64,000 bases of DNA from contig OY764332.1 in the NCBI GenBank assembly GCA_963668425.1, positions 460,336 through 524,335 of the forward strand, given 5' to 3'. Under the pieces are notes generated by a model. The model worked only from the letters and a program-made list of their open reading frames with translations. It made no database searches and was not told the origin of the DNA. Positions 52,770 through 61,819 of the stretch are shown here, piece by piece. The translations under genes and the position numbers were made by a program. This stretch comes from Minisyncoccota bacterium (GTDB lineage Bacteria; Patescibacteriota; Minisyncoccia; Phycocordibacterales; JABAAK01). The stretch's first letter is position 1; each line of letters begins with the position of its first letter.

Positions 52770-54256
52770 ATGGTTTCTGTTTTATATACACTGCGGGTTT
52801 TGTGTGTACTGAGTGTTTTTATGGTATGTGTTTTTTCTACTTGTTTTGTGTATGCCACTGAGTCAGTGCTTAGCATTACGGAGATTATGTATGATGCTGA
52901 GGGAGGGGATGATGGAAAAGAATTTGTAGAAGTTCTAAATACTGGGTCAGAAGAAATTGATATGACGACAGTGAAGTTTTTTGAACGAAATGATCGCCCT
53001 GATCGCCCCGGCGGATCTCTTGCGTCAGGTCAGGGAGGTGTTGTTTGCGACCGGGGGAGGTCGCGATTATTGTGGCAAAACCGGATCTCTTTTTGCAGCA
53101 TTATTCGTTTGATGGGGTTGTGCTTGATACCAGAAATTTTGCACTATTGAATACGGGTGCGACTGTTTCGTTAGAGGTTGCCGGTCGCCTGCTACACAGT
53201 GTCGCATATACCACGGAGGACGGCGCGAAGGGTGATGGGAATTCATTACATATTAGGCAGGATGCTGTTATTTTTGCAGGCGAGCCGAATCCTGGGGTGG
53301 TGCAGGGTGTTGTTACGGATGACTCTGGTGCCAGTGAGCGTGATGAGGAGATTGGTGCTGTAGATACTCAGGTAGCGTTTGACACGCAGCAGAGAAATAC
53401 TGAAGAAGCAGAATCCTCTGTTTTTGTGCCCGATGCACAGCATTTGTCTGTCGGGGGAACAGAACCTCCTATTTTTGTATCTGATCCTTCGGTTGTTTTT
53501 TCTGCGTCAACAACTCGGTTTTCAGTTGTGCGTCAGGGGAATGGGCAGGAAGAGATGTATGGGTTGTGGAACTTCGGAGATGGTGACTACACCTATGGCA
53601 CTGTTGTGGAGCATGTGTATTTACACCCTGGTGCCTATATTGTTGTGTTTCAGGCGTTAGATGAGGATGGGTCTGAGGGCTTCGCATTACAAAAAGAGAT
53701 TCGTGTGTTGTTCCCGCAGGTCAGCATTGAGAGAATTGATGATGCATTTGTGCGGTTGCATAATCGTCATCCTTTTGTGCTTGATGTGTCAGGTTGGCGT
53801 ATTGAGTCACAGGGTACTGTTTTTGATTTTCCTATGAGGTCATTGGTGCCGAAGCAGAATAGTATTGTTGTTCCGTTTGCATTTGATGAGAGGCAGGATG
53901 TGTTCTTTGTGACTGCTGGAGGAGGGCAATTCAGCGGGACGTATGTTTCTCCTGATGTCAATAAAGGGCAGGAGGTGGATGTTGCTAAAGCGTTGGTAGC
54001 AGAGAGCCCTGTGTCAGCGAGACGACAAGTTTCCACAAGAAAGGATGTCGTGATTGAGCAGGAGCGAGTCAGTGGCGTGACTCATACTGATGTTTTTGTT
54101 GCGGATGTTGTTAATGATCAGGAAGAAAAACATACTGGTGTTGCTGTGCGGATGATTGCGGTGTGGGTTGTGTTGTTGATTGGCATTATGATTGTTGCAT
54201 TAGTGCCATTTATTTTTACGCGACGGGAAAAAGCAAAACGTTTTGATCATACGTAG
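52770..54256 (+). CDS. Surface protein with lamin-tail and PKD domains and C-terminal TM; frameshift at ~53045
   Basis: ITEIMYD..EFVEVLN; WNFGDG..HVY.HPG.Y; LDVSGWRI; one extra T at 53044-53046 joins the two ORFs. Confidence 0.8.
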
Positions 54257-54405
54257 CGATGAAGTATTGGTGAAAATTTTGATGAATGGTGGTGGGAGAG
54301 TTTTCCACACATTGTAGTATGAAGATGTAAAAAGATGTATAGGGTTACCATAATATAAGTAGACCTGCAAAACAGCGGTCAATTATTAATGTAACCTTTC
54401 ATTTC

Positions 54406-54630
54406 ATGAAACGAAAACGACGAACCACAAAGAAGTCCGCCGCGAAGAAGACAGTGAAGAAGCGACGAAGCACAAAAAAGTCAGCTTCTAAGAAGACAAC
54501 GAAGAAGCGACGAAGCACAAAAAAGTCAGCTTCTAAGAAGACAACGAAGAAGCGACGAAGCACAAAGAGGCGGTCAGCAAAGAAGGTGACTAAAAAGATG
54601 ACAAAGCGTCGAAGTCGCCGTCGCAGGTAA
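54406..54630 (+). CDS. Very basic histone-H1/protamine-like protein
   Basis: Almost only K/R/S/T/A; 45-bp repeats 54456..54566; hairpin downstream. Confidence 0.8.
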   Translation: MKRKRRTTKKSAAKKTVKKRRSTKKSASKKTTKKRRSTKKSASKKTTKKRRSTKRRSAKKVTKKMTKRRSRRRR

Positions 54631-54798
54631 GAACTTTCCCTTTTTGTTTTAACAAGCAGGGGTATGTAAGAATGGAGATTTTCTATTTTTACGTGCCCCT
54701 GTTTTGTTTTTTGTTATTTATGTGAGTGACTTCTATCGTTGCGACAGGAGTCGTAGTGTTGGTGATGCCCCTTTCTTTTTATGCGGTATACTTGAGGT

Positions 54799-55404
54799 AT
54801 GGATAGAGAGCATTTTGAACGGACGTTGGTTATTATTAAGCCGGATGCGGTGCAACGAGTATTAGTTGGTGAGATTATTCGGCGTTTTGAGCGAGTTGGA
54901 TTAAAGATAGTCGCGATGAAAATGGTGCGGGTGGATGCTGTCACCGTTGAAAAGCATTATTCACTTGATCCGGATTGGAGGCGAAAAGCCGGTGAGAAGC
55001 AGTTGCGCAATGAAGTGGGAGATGTGGGTGTTGTTAGTGAAGGCGATGCAGTTGCGGCAGGTGAACTTATTTTAGGACACTTAAAGCGATTTATGACTGC
55101 TGGTCCAGTAGTGCCGTTGGTGTTGGAGGGGGCATATGCGGTTTCGTTGACACGAAAGTTAGTTGGCGGTACTGAGCCGTTTTCATCTGATGTTGGTACT
55201 ATTCGTGGAGATTTTGTATTGGATTCGTACGCGTTGGCAAATGATGCAAATCGCTCTATTCGAAATGCGATACATGCGTCTTCAAGTGTTGAGGAAGCCG
55301 AAAAAGAAGTTGCGTTGTGGTTTCAACCGGAAGAAATGCTTGTGTATGAGACCGCGTATGAACGTATATTATACGATGTAAATTTTGATAATGTTATTGA
55401 ATAG
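54799..55404 (+). CDS. ndk: Nucleoside diphosphate kinase
   Basis: ERTLVIIKPDAVQR, GTIRGDF, NAIHAS. Confidence 0.95.
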   Translation: MDREHFERTLVIIKPDAVQRVLVGEIIRRFERVGLKIVAMKMVRVDAVTVEKHYSLDPDWRRKAGEKQLRNEVGDVGVVSEGDAVAAGELILGHLKRFMTAGPVVPLVLEGAYAVSLTRKLVGGTEPFSSDVGTIRGDFVLDSYALANDANRSIRNAIHASSSVEEAEKEVALWFQPEEMLVYETAYERILYDVNFDNVIE

Positions 55405-55423
55405 AAACAATTATACTCGTCGT

Positions 55424-55774
55424 ATGCAAGCGTTGCTGTTTGCATTGTTTGCTGCGTCATTGATGGTTGTTCTGCATGGTGTTGGTACAGAGCGTGCCTG
55501 GTACTGGACGTATCAGTGGTTTGATATTATTACACACCTGCTTGGTGGTTTTTCGTTGGGTTTGCTTGCTGCATTGTTGTACGGGAAAACAAAGAGGTCT
55601 TTGATTCTTTCCCTTGCTACTGTGCTGCTATTGATTATTGGGTGGGAAGTATTTGAAGTGTTGTTTGTGGGTACAGCGGTAGGAGATGCATGGTATGGTG
55701 TAAAAACTATGAAGGATGTGGCGGTAGGTCTTGTTAGTGCGTATGTAGCAATAATGGTGTATGAGAAAGGGTAG
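55424..55774 (+). CDS. Small membrane protein
   Basis: WFDIITHLLGG, GWEVFE, T.KD motif; TATACT 6 nt upstream. Confidence 0.75.
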   Translation: MQALLFALFAASLMVVLHGVGTERAWYWTYQWFDIITHLLGGFSLGLLAALLYGKTKRSLILSLATVLLLIIGWEVFEVLFVGTAVGDAWYGVKTMKDVAVGLVSAYVAIMVYEKG

Positions 55775-55795
55775 CCGTGTCTACAGCATTTTTTT

Positions 55796-56143
55796 CTATG
55801 CTTTAGTAGATTCGACGATGCGGTCAAATAGTATTTTCCTTTTTTGTGCAATTTCTGACAACATTTTTCGGTTGAGTAGTATACCTTTTTTCTTTAATGT
55901 ACCCATAAATGTGCTATATGAAAGGTTGTGGGGCTTTAGTGCCGCACTGATGCGGATATTCCAGAGCCGTCTAAAATCCCCTTTTTTCTTTTTGCGATGT
56001 GCGAATGCATGATTGCCAGCGTGAAGCCATGCTTCGCGTGCTTGCCTCTCCTTGGTGGAACGACCCCAGCGATACCCTTTTACTTTTTTTAGTAGGGATT
56101 TTCTGCTTTTTAGGGAAATTGTACCTCGTTTTACGCGAACCAT
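55796..56143 (-). CDS. rplT: 50S ribosomal protein L20
   Basis: MVRVKRG, KGY, FRRLWNIRI, SYS.F, LNRKMLSEIA. Confidence 0.97.
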   Translation of the reverse strand: MVRVKRGTISLKSRKSLLKKVKGYRWGRSTKERQAREAWLHAGNHAFAHRKKKKGDFRRLWNIRISAALKPHNLSYSTFMGTLKKKGILLNRKMLSEIAQKRKILFDRIVESTKA

Positions 56144-56163
56144 ATATTTTATAGTATATCCTC

Positions 56164-56349
56164 CTATGTAGAGAGTGTATATCGTTGTTGCATTTTGGTT
56201 GACATCTGTACTGACCTTTGTCGCTTTTTTGCTAGTTTTTTAGAACGAGAGTATTTCGCATTGAAATGACCGCGACCTTTACCACTGGCAAGAAGCACAC
56301 CTTTTTTTGTAACACGGATGCGTGAACGAGCTGCTTTGTTTGATTTCAT
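56164..56349 (-). CDS. rpmI: 50S ribosomal protein L35
   Basis: MKSNKAA..RIRVTKKG..H; upstream of rplT. Confidence 0.88.
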   Translation of the reverse strand: MKSNKAARSRIRVTKKGVLLASGKGRGHFNAKYSRSKKLAKKRQRSVQMSTKMQQRYTLST

Positions 56350-56462
56350 ATTGTGTAAAGTATATCATATAAAGTAGGGTTTGTGCAAAAGGGTGTGATG
56401 GTGTAGGATATATGATAAGGCCTATGGGGTACTAGTAACGATATTAGATATGGAGGAGTTGT

Positions 56463-57068
56463 ATGATGAGAGGGAGAGCTATTATAGTTTTTGGGCTTCC
56501 AGGGTCAGGGAAGAGAACACAGGTTGCCAATCTCTGTGTTGCTGTTGAAGAGCGTGGTCAGACGTGTCAGGTCATAGAGGTTGGCAGGTGTCTTCGTGCC
56601 ATAACGGCAACACAGCACTCTTCGTTTGTGGCAGAATCTCTTGCTGAAGTGATGAGTGAAGGGAGATTAGTGCCTGAAATATTTCCGTTGTATGTGTTGG
56701 CGAAGGAGGTGATTGAAACCCCTCTCGCAGATGTTGTTATTATGGATGGATTTGGTAGACGGCTTCCTGAATTGAAAATGGTGTTGCGTTTGTTTGGTAT
56801 GGTTAAGTATCAGATAGATGCTGTTCTTTTAGATATCAGCACAGATGAGGCACGTAAGCGGCTCTTTGACCGAGGTCGTGAGGATGATGTGCCCGAGGCT
56901 ATCACTCAAAGGATTTGTGCCTATCAAGGGAGTACCAAAGTGTCTCTTCGCTATCTTCGGCGTAACACAGAGCAAGTGAGTTTTTATAAAATTGATGGTG
57001 TAGGCACTGTTGATGAAGTGCACCAACGATTAATTGATTGCCTTATAAAAAATAAGACGCCTTACTGA
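56463..57068 (+). CDS. Second, divergent adenylate-kinase-family protein
   Basis: GLPGSGKRTQ, GRCLR, GRLVP, DGFGR, RGREDD. Confidence 0.82.
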   Translation: MMRGRAIIVFGLPGSGKRTQVANLCVAVEERGQTCQVIEVGRCLRAITATQHSSFVAESLAEVMSEGRLVPEIFPLYVLAKEVIETPLADVVIMDGFGRRLPELKMVLRLFGMVKYQIDAVLLDISTDEARKRLFDRGREDDVPEAITQRICAYQGSTKVSLRYLRRNTEQVSFYKIDGVGTVDEVHQRLIDCLIKNKTPY

Positions 57069-57083
57069 GGCGTCTTTATTTTT
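57049..57083. terminator. Bidirectional terminator
   Basis: AAGACGCCT...AGGCGTCTT with A/T tracts. Confidence 0.7.
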
Positions 57084-57636
57084 TGCTATCACCTGATTGG
57101 AGTGTGGTAGAAAAACCCTTTGGGCTTTTGCGGATTTCACCTATAATATTAATTTCACCTGGAATGGTTTTTATGAATGATGAGAGTTTCTTTTTTAGAA
57201 AATCCACATCCATACTTTTGTAGCGGCCAAATAGAAATAGATCTACCTGTACACGGCTGCCATTGTCTAGCCACTCGCGGATTTTTTTTGCCCGCATTTC
57301 AAGGATGTCGCCACTGGTACCTGGCTTGATTTGTGTATGTTTTGTACCTTCTTGTTTTTTACCTTTTTCTTTATCTTGATCTGCCCATTTCTTTTTTAGT
57401 TTATTTTGCTCATACTGATATTTGCCGTAGTCGGCAATGCGGACAACTGGTGGATTGGATTTTGCGGTTACTTCTACCAAGTCAAGATTTGCTTTGCGTG
57501 CCTGTGCCATAGCATCTTTTATTGAAACAACTCCTGCATTTCCTCCGGTGGCATCAACGAGGCGAACTTTGTATGCACGAATTGCCTCGTTGATACGAAC
57601 CTTTGGTTGTGCTAATTTTTTTGGTCCTCTACGAAT
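57076..57636 (-). CDS. infC: Translation initiation factor IF-3, probable ATT start
   Basis: Frame extends upstream of track ORF: INEAIRAYKVRLVD; LDLVEV..PPVVRIADYGKYQYE; ATT at 57636. Confidence 0.92.
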   Translation of the reverse strand: MRRGPKKLAQPKVRINEAIRAYKVRLVDATGGNAGVVSIKDAMAQARKANLDLVEVTAKSNPPVVRIADYGKYQYEQNKLKKKWADQDKEKGKKQEGTKHTQIKPGTSGDILEMRAKKIREWLDNGSRVQVDLFLFGRYKSMDVDFLKKKLSSFIKTIPGEINIIGEIRKSPKGFSTTLQSGDSKK

Positions 57637-57725
57637 ATGCAGGTAGTATATATCACGCTAGATGGGTAGACAAGGGCTATACACATGTTGCAAAAGTGTT
57701 GTGCGTACGGTAGTATACTAATTAT

Positions 57726-57899
57726 ATGTTACAGTATTTTGTCGGCGTTGCTGGAGAGTTTAAGCAAATTCGTTGGTTGTCAGCAAAAAGAGCCTTTTTG
57801 TTTTCTGTCATTGTTGTTGTTGTGTCGTTTTTGTTTGGGTTTGCTCTTGGTGCAGTAGATAGCTTGTTTGCGACATTACTTAAGAGTATTGTTATATAG
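57726..57899 (+). CDS. secE: Preprotein translocase SecE (57 aa, below track cutoff)
   Basis: MLQYF..V.GEFKQIRW + single TM + D; precedes nusG. Confidence 0.88.
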   Translation: MLQYFVGVAGEFKQIRWLSAKRAFLFSVIVVVVSFLFGFALGAVDSLFATLLKSIVI

Positions 57900-57911
57900 T
57901 ATACGTGTTAT

Positions 57912-58457
57912 ATGGAAGAGATACAGGAAGAAAAACAGCCAAAATGGTATGTGGTGAAAGTTCACTCAGGTTTTGAGCAGGTGGTGAGAATGAGTATTAT
58001 GCAGACCATAGAGTCGCTTGGGCTTGCAGATAAGATATTTGAAGTGGTAATACCGACTGAGAAACAGGTACGTATTAAGGGAGGTAAGCGAACGGAGAAA
58101 GAGGAGCGGATATATCCTGGTTATATTTTGGTATACATGATTATTGATGATCAGACGTGGTATGCGATTAACAATGTTGAGTATTCCTCAGGGTTTCTTG
58201 GTTCTCGGGCGCATGCTGAGTCATTATCGCAGGAGGAGGTTGATGTTATTAAGGAGCGAATGCGTGGTGATACGGTGCGGCATGAAACTGACCTTAAGGT
58301 GGGAGATGCTGTTAAAATTATTGATGGCCCATTTTCGGATCTGGGTGGCAAGGTTAGTGAGGTGGATATTGATAAAGGTCAAGCGACGGTGCTTATTCCT
58401 ATGTTTGGTAGAGAGACCCCAGTCAAACTGGATCTTTTCCAAATTCGCAGTGTGTAG
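57912..58457 (+). CDS. nusG: Transcription factor NusG
   Basis: KWYVV..SGFE, YPGYILV, KOW GDAVKIIDGPF, MFGRETPV. Confidence 0.96.
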   Translation: MEEIQEEKQPKWYVVKVHSGFEQVVRMSIMQTIESLGLADKIFEVVIPTEKQVRIKGGKRTEKEERIYPGYILVYMIIDDQTWYAINNVEYSSGFLGSRAHAESLSQEEVDVIKERMRGDTVRHETDLKVGDAVKIIDGPFSDLGGKVSEVDIDKGQATVLIPMFGRETPVKLDLFQIRSV

Positions 58458-58478
58458 TACACTGTGTATGTTATTAGT

Positions 58479-58901
58479 ATGGCAAAACCAATCAAACAAG
58501 TTATCAAGCTGCAAATAGAGGCGGGCAAAGCAACGCCAGCGCCGCCTATCGGCACTGTGCTTGGTCCGGCGGGGATTAATATCGGTGATTTTTGTTCGCA
58601 GTTTAATGAACAGTCAAAAGAGCGGAGTGGGGAAATTGTACCGGTTGTGTTGACGATATATGAAGACAGGACATTCAGTTTTATAATGAAAACGCCACCG
58701 GCGTCGTTTTTGTTGCGTGAGGCAGCGGGGGTGGATAAAGGGTCTGGGCAAAATCTTGTGAAAAAGGCGGGTAAGGTTAGTGCGTCTGCAGTGCGTGAGA
58801 TTGCGGAGCGAAAAATGGAGGATTTGAATGCTCGAGATGTGGAGGCAGCGATGGAGATTGTGCGAGGGACGGCACGGTCTATGGGGATAGAGGTGGTATA
58901 A
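58479..58901 (+). CDS. rplK: 50S ribosomal protein L11
   Basis: AGKATPAPPIG..LG, KTPP, GTARSMG. Confidence 0.97.
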   Translation: MAKPIKQVIKLQIEAGKATPAPPIGTVLGPAGINIGDFCSQFNEQSKERSGEIVPVVLTIYEDRTFSFIMKTPPASFLLREAAGVDKGSGQNLVKKAGKVSASAVREIAERKMEDLNARDVEAAMEIVRGTARSMGIEVV

Positions 58902-58932
58902 TGGGACTGGTGGGCGTATGTATATAATTAAT

Positions 58933-59496
58933 ATGAGCAAGGTGTATATAATTAGTGGGATATTACTATTTGTAATTCTTTTCGTTGTGCTGATGTACAA
59001 TGGGCTGGTTCGTATGCGCAATCGGCAAGAGGAGGCATGGTCTGATATTGATGTGCAATTGAAACGACGGTATGATCTGATACCGAATTTGGTGAGTACT
59101 GTGAAGGGGTATGCGAAACATGAGCAGGAGACATTGCGAAACGTAACTGAGATGCGGACTCGTGCGCTTGCGGCAGATGGGGCAAAAGAGAAGGGAGAGG
59201 CGGAAAACATGTTGAGCGGTGCATTAAAAACTATTTTTGCGGTTGCTGAAAATTATCCTGATTTGAAGGCGAGTGAAAACTTTGTTGAGTTGCAGCGAGA
59301 ACTGAGTGATACCGAGAATAAAATTCAGTCCGCGCGTCGTTTTTATAACAACACGGTGCAGGATTTAAATACTGCGGTGCAGGTGTTTCCAAAGAATATC
59401 ATTGCGAACATGTTTGGCTTTAAGGAGGAAGAGTTTTTTGAACTTGCTGAGGAAGAGAAAGAGAAGGCAGGTGATCCGGTTGAGGTGCAGTTTTAA
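58933..59496 (+). CDS. lemA: LemA family protein
   Basis: AWSDIDVQLKRRYDLIPNLV, AENYPDLKASENF, RRFYN. Confidence 0.95.
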   Translation: MSKVYIISGILLFVILFVVLMYNGLVRMRNRQEEAWSDIDVQLKRRYDLIPNLVSTVKGYAKHEQETLRNVTEMRTRALAADGAKEKGEAENMLSGALKTIFAVAENYPDLKASENFVELQRELSDTENKIQSARRFYNNTVQDLNTAVQVFPKNIIANMFGFKEEEFFELAEEEKEKAGDPVEVQF

Positions 59497-59511
59497 TACT
59501 AAGCGTGTGAT

Positions 59512-60444
59512 ATGGCTTCGTTGTACGCAGAACAAGGAAAGAATGTTCGGCAGACATTTTTCTTAATGTCACTTTTTTTGGTGCTTGTTATTGGTGTTGG
59601 TTGGTTGGCATCAGTTTACTTTGGATCGCCGGGTATTTTGTATATTGTAACGCTGATAGCGATTCTGATTAACGTTTTTGCCTACTGGCATTCTGATAGC
59701 ATTGCTGTTCGTTTGACGCGTGCTCGGGAAATTTCCCGAGATGAATATTTTGACTACTGGAATGCGGTGGAAAATCTTTGTATTAGCATTGGCGCGCCGA
59801 TGCCGAAACTGTACGTCATCAATGACACTTCTCCTAATGCGTTTGCTACCGGTCGGAGTCCGAAGCATTCTGCCATTGTTGTAACAAAAGGGTTGCTTGA
59901 TGTGATGGATAATGTGGAGTTGGAAGGGGTGTTGGCGCATGAGCTTGCGCATATACAAAATCGGGATACTCTTTTGATGACTTCTGTGGTGGTGTTGTTT
60001 GGTTTCGTGGTGATACTGCTTGATATGTTGTTGCATGTTATGGCATTTGGAGGTGATGATGATGATGGTGGCAGTCCGTTGATGCTTCTTATTGTTGTCG
60101 CTGCTTATTTTGTGATGCCATTGCTGTTGACCTTGATTCGTCTTGCAGTTTCACGGAAGCGGGAGTTTCTTGCTGATGCGACTGCTGGAGTGTACACCAG
60201 ACACCCTGAAGGACTTGCTTCTGCGCTGGAGAAAATTGGCAAGATACATCAGCCGATGCGGCATACTAGCTCTGCAACTGCACATCTTTTTATTTCTGAT
60301 CCGTTTGCTTCGTATGCTGATAGTTCAAATGATGGTGGTATGCATCGTCGGCCTAGGCGACGACTTGGCAGGAGGTTTGCTCGACTTTTTGACACTCATC
60401 CGCCGATAGTAGAACGGGTTAGTGCATTGTGTGGTAAAAAGTAA
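59512..60444 (+). CDS. htpX: Membrane zinc protease HtpX
   Basis: PNAFATG, HELAH, SRKREFLAD, LASALEKI, THPP. Confidence 0.93.
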   Translation: MASLYAEQGKNVRQTFFLMSLFLVLVIGVGWLASVYFGSPGILYIVTLIAILINVFAYWHSDSIAVRLTRAREISRDEYFDYWNAVENLCISIGAPMPKLYVINDTSPNAFATGRSPKHSAIVVTKGLLDVMDNVELEGVLAHELAHIQNRDTLLMTSVVVLFGFVVILLDMLLHVMAFGGDDDDGGSPLMLLIVVAAYFVMPLLLTLIRLAVSRKREFLADATAGVYTRHPEGLASALEKIGKIHQPMRHTSSATAHLFISDPFASYADSSNDGGMHRRPRRRLGRRFARLFDTHPPIVERVSALCGKK

Positions 60445-60483
60445 TTATTGTGTTTTGTTTTAGTATGGTATACATGAATTGTT

Positions 60484-60555
60484 GGGTCTATAGTTTAATT
60501 GGTAAAACAGCGGTCTCCAAAACCGCCGTTTCAGGTTCAAGTCCTGATGGACCCG
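60484..60555 (+). tRNA. tRNA-Trp(CCA)
   Basis: GCGGT-CT-CCA-AA-ACCGC, GGTTCAAGTCC. Confidence 0.95.
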
Positions 60556-60713
60556 CCTCTTTGCTCTATGCCTGCCGTGTTATTTTTCGCTGTTTTGGAG
60601 ACCGCACGCGGTCTCGCCATTAGTCAGCTTCGCTAAACGCTCGCAACGCCACCGTTTCAGGAACAAGATCTGATGGACCCGCCTCTTTGCTCTATGCCTG
60701 TCGTGTTATTTTT
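60526..60713. repeat. 62-bp imperfect direct repeat (126-bp period) including tRNA-Trp 3' end and miaA stop
   Basis: 60526..60587 vs 60652..60713, 5 mismatches. Confidence 0.9.
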
Positions 60714-61609
60714 TGTCGTTTGTATGTAGTGTCAAGGTCTTGATGGAGTTGACCTACTTGGTGTTCTTGGTACCAATGGGCTTCTGGGTAGCGGCGGAGC
60801 CAATTTTCTTGTCTTTTGGCGTAAGCGAATATAGCATTGAGGAGGTTTGCCTTTGTTTCTTCAGGCGAGATATGTTGTGTAAGCATGGCTGCTATGTGTC
60901 TGCATTCTAATCCCATGCGAGAAAACCATACTTCTTCCACGCCTTGCTTGAGCAATGTTTTGATCTCTTCGGCCATTGTGTCAAATCGAATGTCCAATCG
61001 TTTTGCTATGCGTTCTCGTAGGTGTGGTCTGCTGTGTTTGATGCCGATCATTATGTAGTTGTACCGTTTCATTCTTTTTTGCATTGGGAATACACCGAGT
61101 TCTCGTATGATTTCAAGTGCGCGGATAAGTCGTCTGGGATTTTGTATATCTATCCTGTCGTAGGCATCGTGATCTTTTTTTTTGAGTTCTTGTTGCAGTT
61201 CAGTCAACTCTTTTTGCTCCATTGTTTTTCTGTAGGCAGGATTTGTCGGTACCTTTGCAGTTGTACCACTGAAGAGTAGGGCATCAATATAGAAACCAGA
61301 GCCACCGGCGATAATCGGTAGGCGTGCGCGGCTGTGTATTGCTTTTATGTGTGGCGTTGCCTCGTCGGCAAACTGGTGTGCGCTGTACTCTTTGCCTGGG
61401 TTGATGATGTCTAGCATATGGTGTGGGACGTCGCACATCTCTGATTTGGTGATTTTTCCTGTTGTCGCATCTAAGTGACGGTATACCTGTCGTGAATCGG
61501 CAGAGATGACCTCGCCGTTGTATCGTCGTGCTAGGTCAACTGCGAGATCGCTTTTGCCACTGGCAGTTGTGCCTACGATGACGAGGAGAGGTGGGTGAGA
61601 TTGCTCCAT
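60692..61609 (-). CDS. miaA: tRNA dimethylallyltransferase
   Basis: GTTASGKS, EVISADSRQVY, PHHMLD, GGSGFY, NPRRLIRALE, YAKRQ. Confidence 0.95.
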   Translation of the reverse strand: MEQSHPPLLVIVGTTASGKSDLAVDLARRYNGEVISADSRQVYRHLDATTGKITKSEMCDVPHHMLDIINPGKEYSAHQFADEATPHIKAIHSRARLPIIAGGSGFYIDALLFSGTTAKVPTNPAYRKTMEQKELTELQQELKKKDHDAYDRIDIQNPRRLIRALEIIRELGVFPMQKRMKRYNYIMIGIKHSRPHLRERIAKRLDIRFDTMAEEIKTLLKQGVEEVWFSRMGLECRHIAAMLTQHISPEETKANLLNAIFAYAKRQENWLRRYPEAHWYQEHQVGQLHQDLDTTYKRQKITRQA

Positions 61610-61802
61610 AGTGCCGAAGGAGGGACTTGAACCCTCACTCCCGAAGGAACGCGATTTTGAGTCGCGCGCGTCTGCCCGTGCCGTCAATCTTTGATTGGCG
61701 CTGACTATCAGACGCCACTGTGGCGGAATTATCATAGTGCCGAAGGAGGGACTTGAACCCTCACTCCCGAAGGAACGCGATTTTGAGTCGCGCGCGTCTG
61801 CC
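61607..61802. repeat. 70-bp exact direct repeat (126-bp period) of tRNA-Leu 3' part plus CTATG
   Basis: 61607..61676 = 61733..61802. Confidence 0.95.
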
Positions 61803-61819
61803 AATTCCGCCACTTCGGC
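61738..61819 (-). tRNA. tRNA-Leu(CAA)
   Basis: CGCGA-CT-CAA-AA-TCGCG, long variable arm, GGTTCAAGTCC. Confidence 0.95.

Noticed and set aside
53040-53050. Programmed frameshift or phase variation in lamin-tail gene (also 48026)
   Set aside because: Single missing T in short T runs; sequencing error or simple mutation is more likely; needs reads
61610-61813. 68-aa N-terminal extension of miaA from GTG 61813
   Set aside because: Reads through the tRNA-Leu gene; MiaA homology starts at ATG 61609
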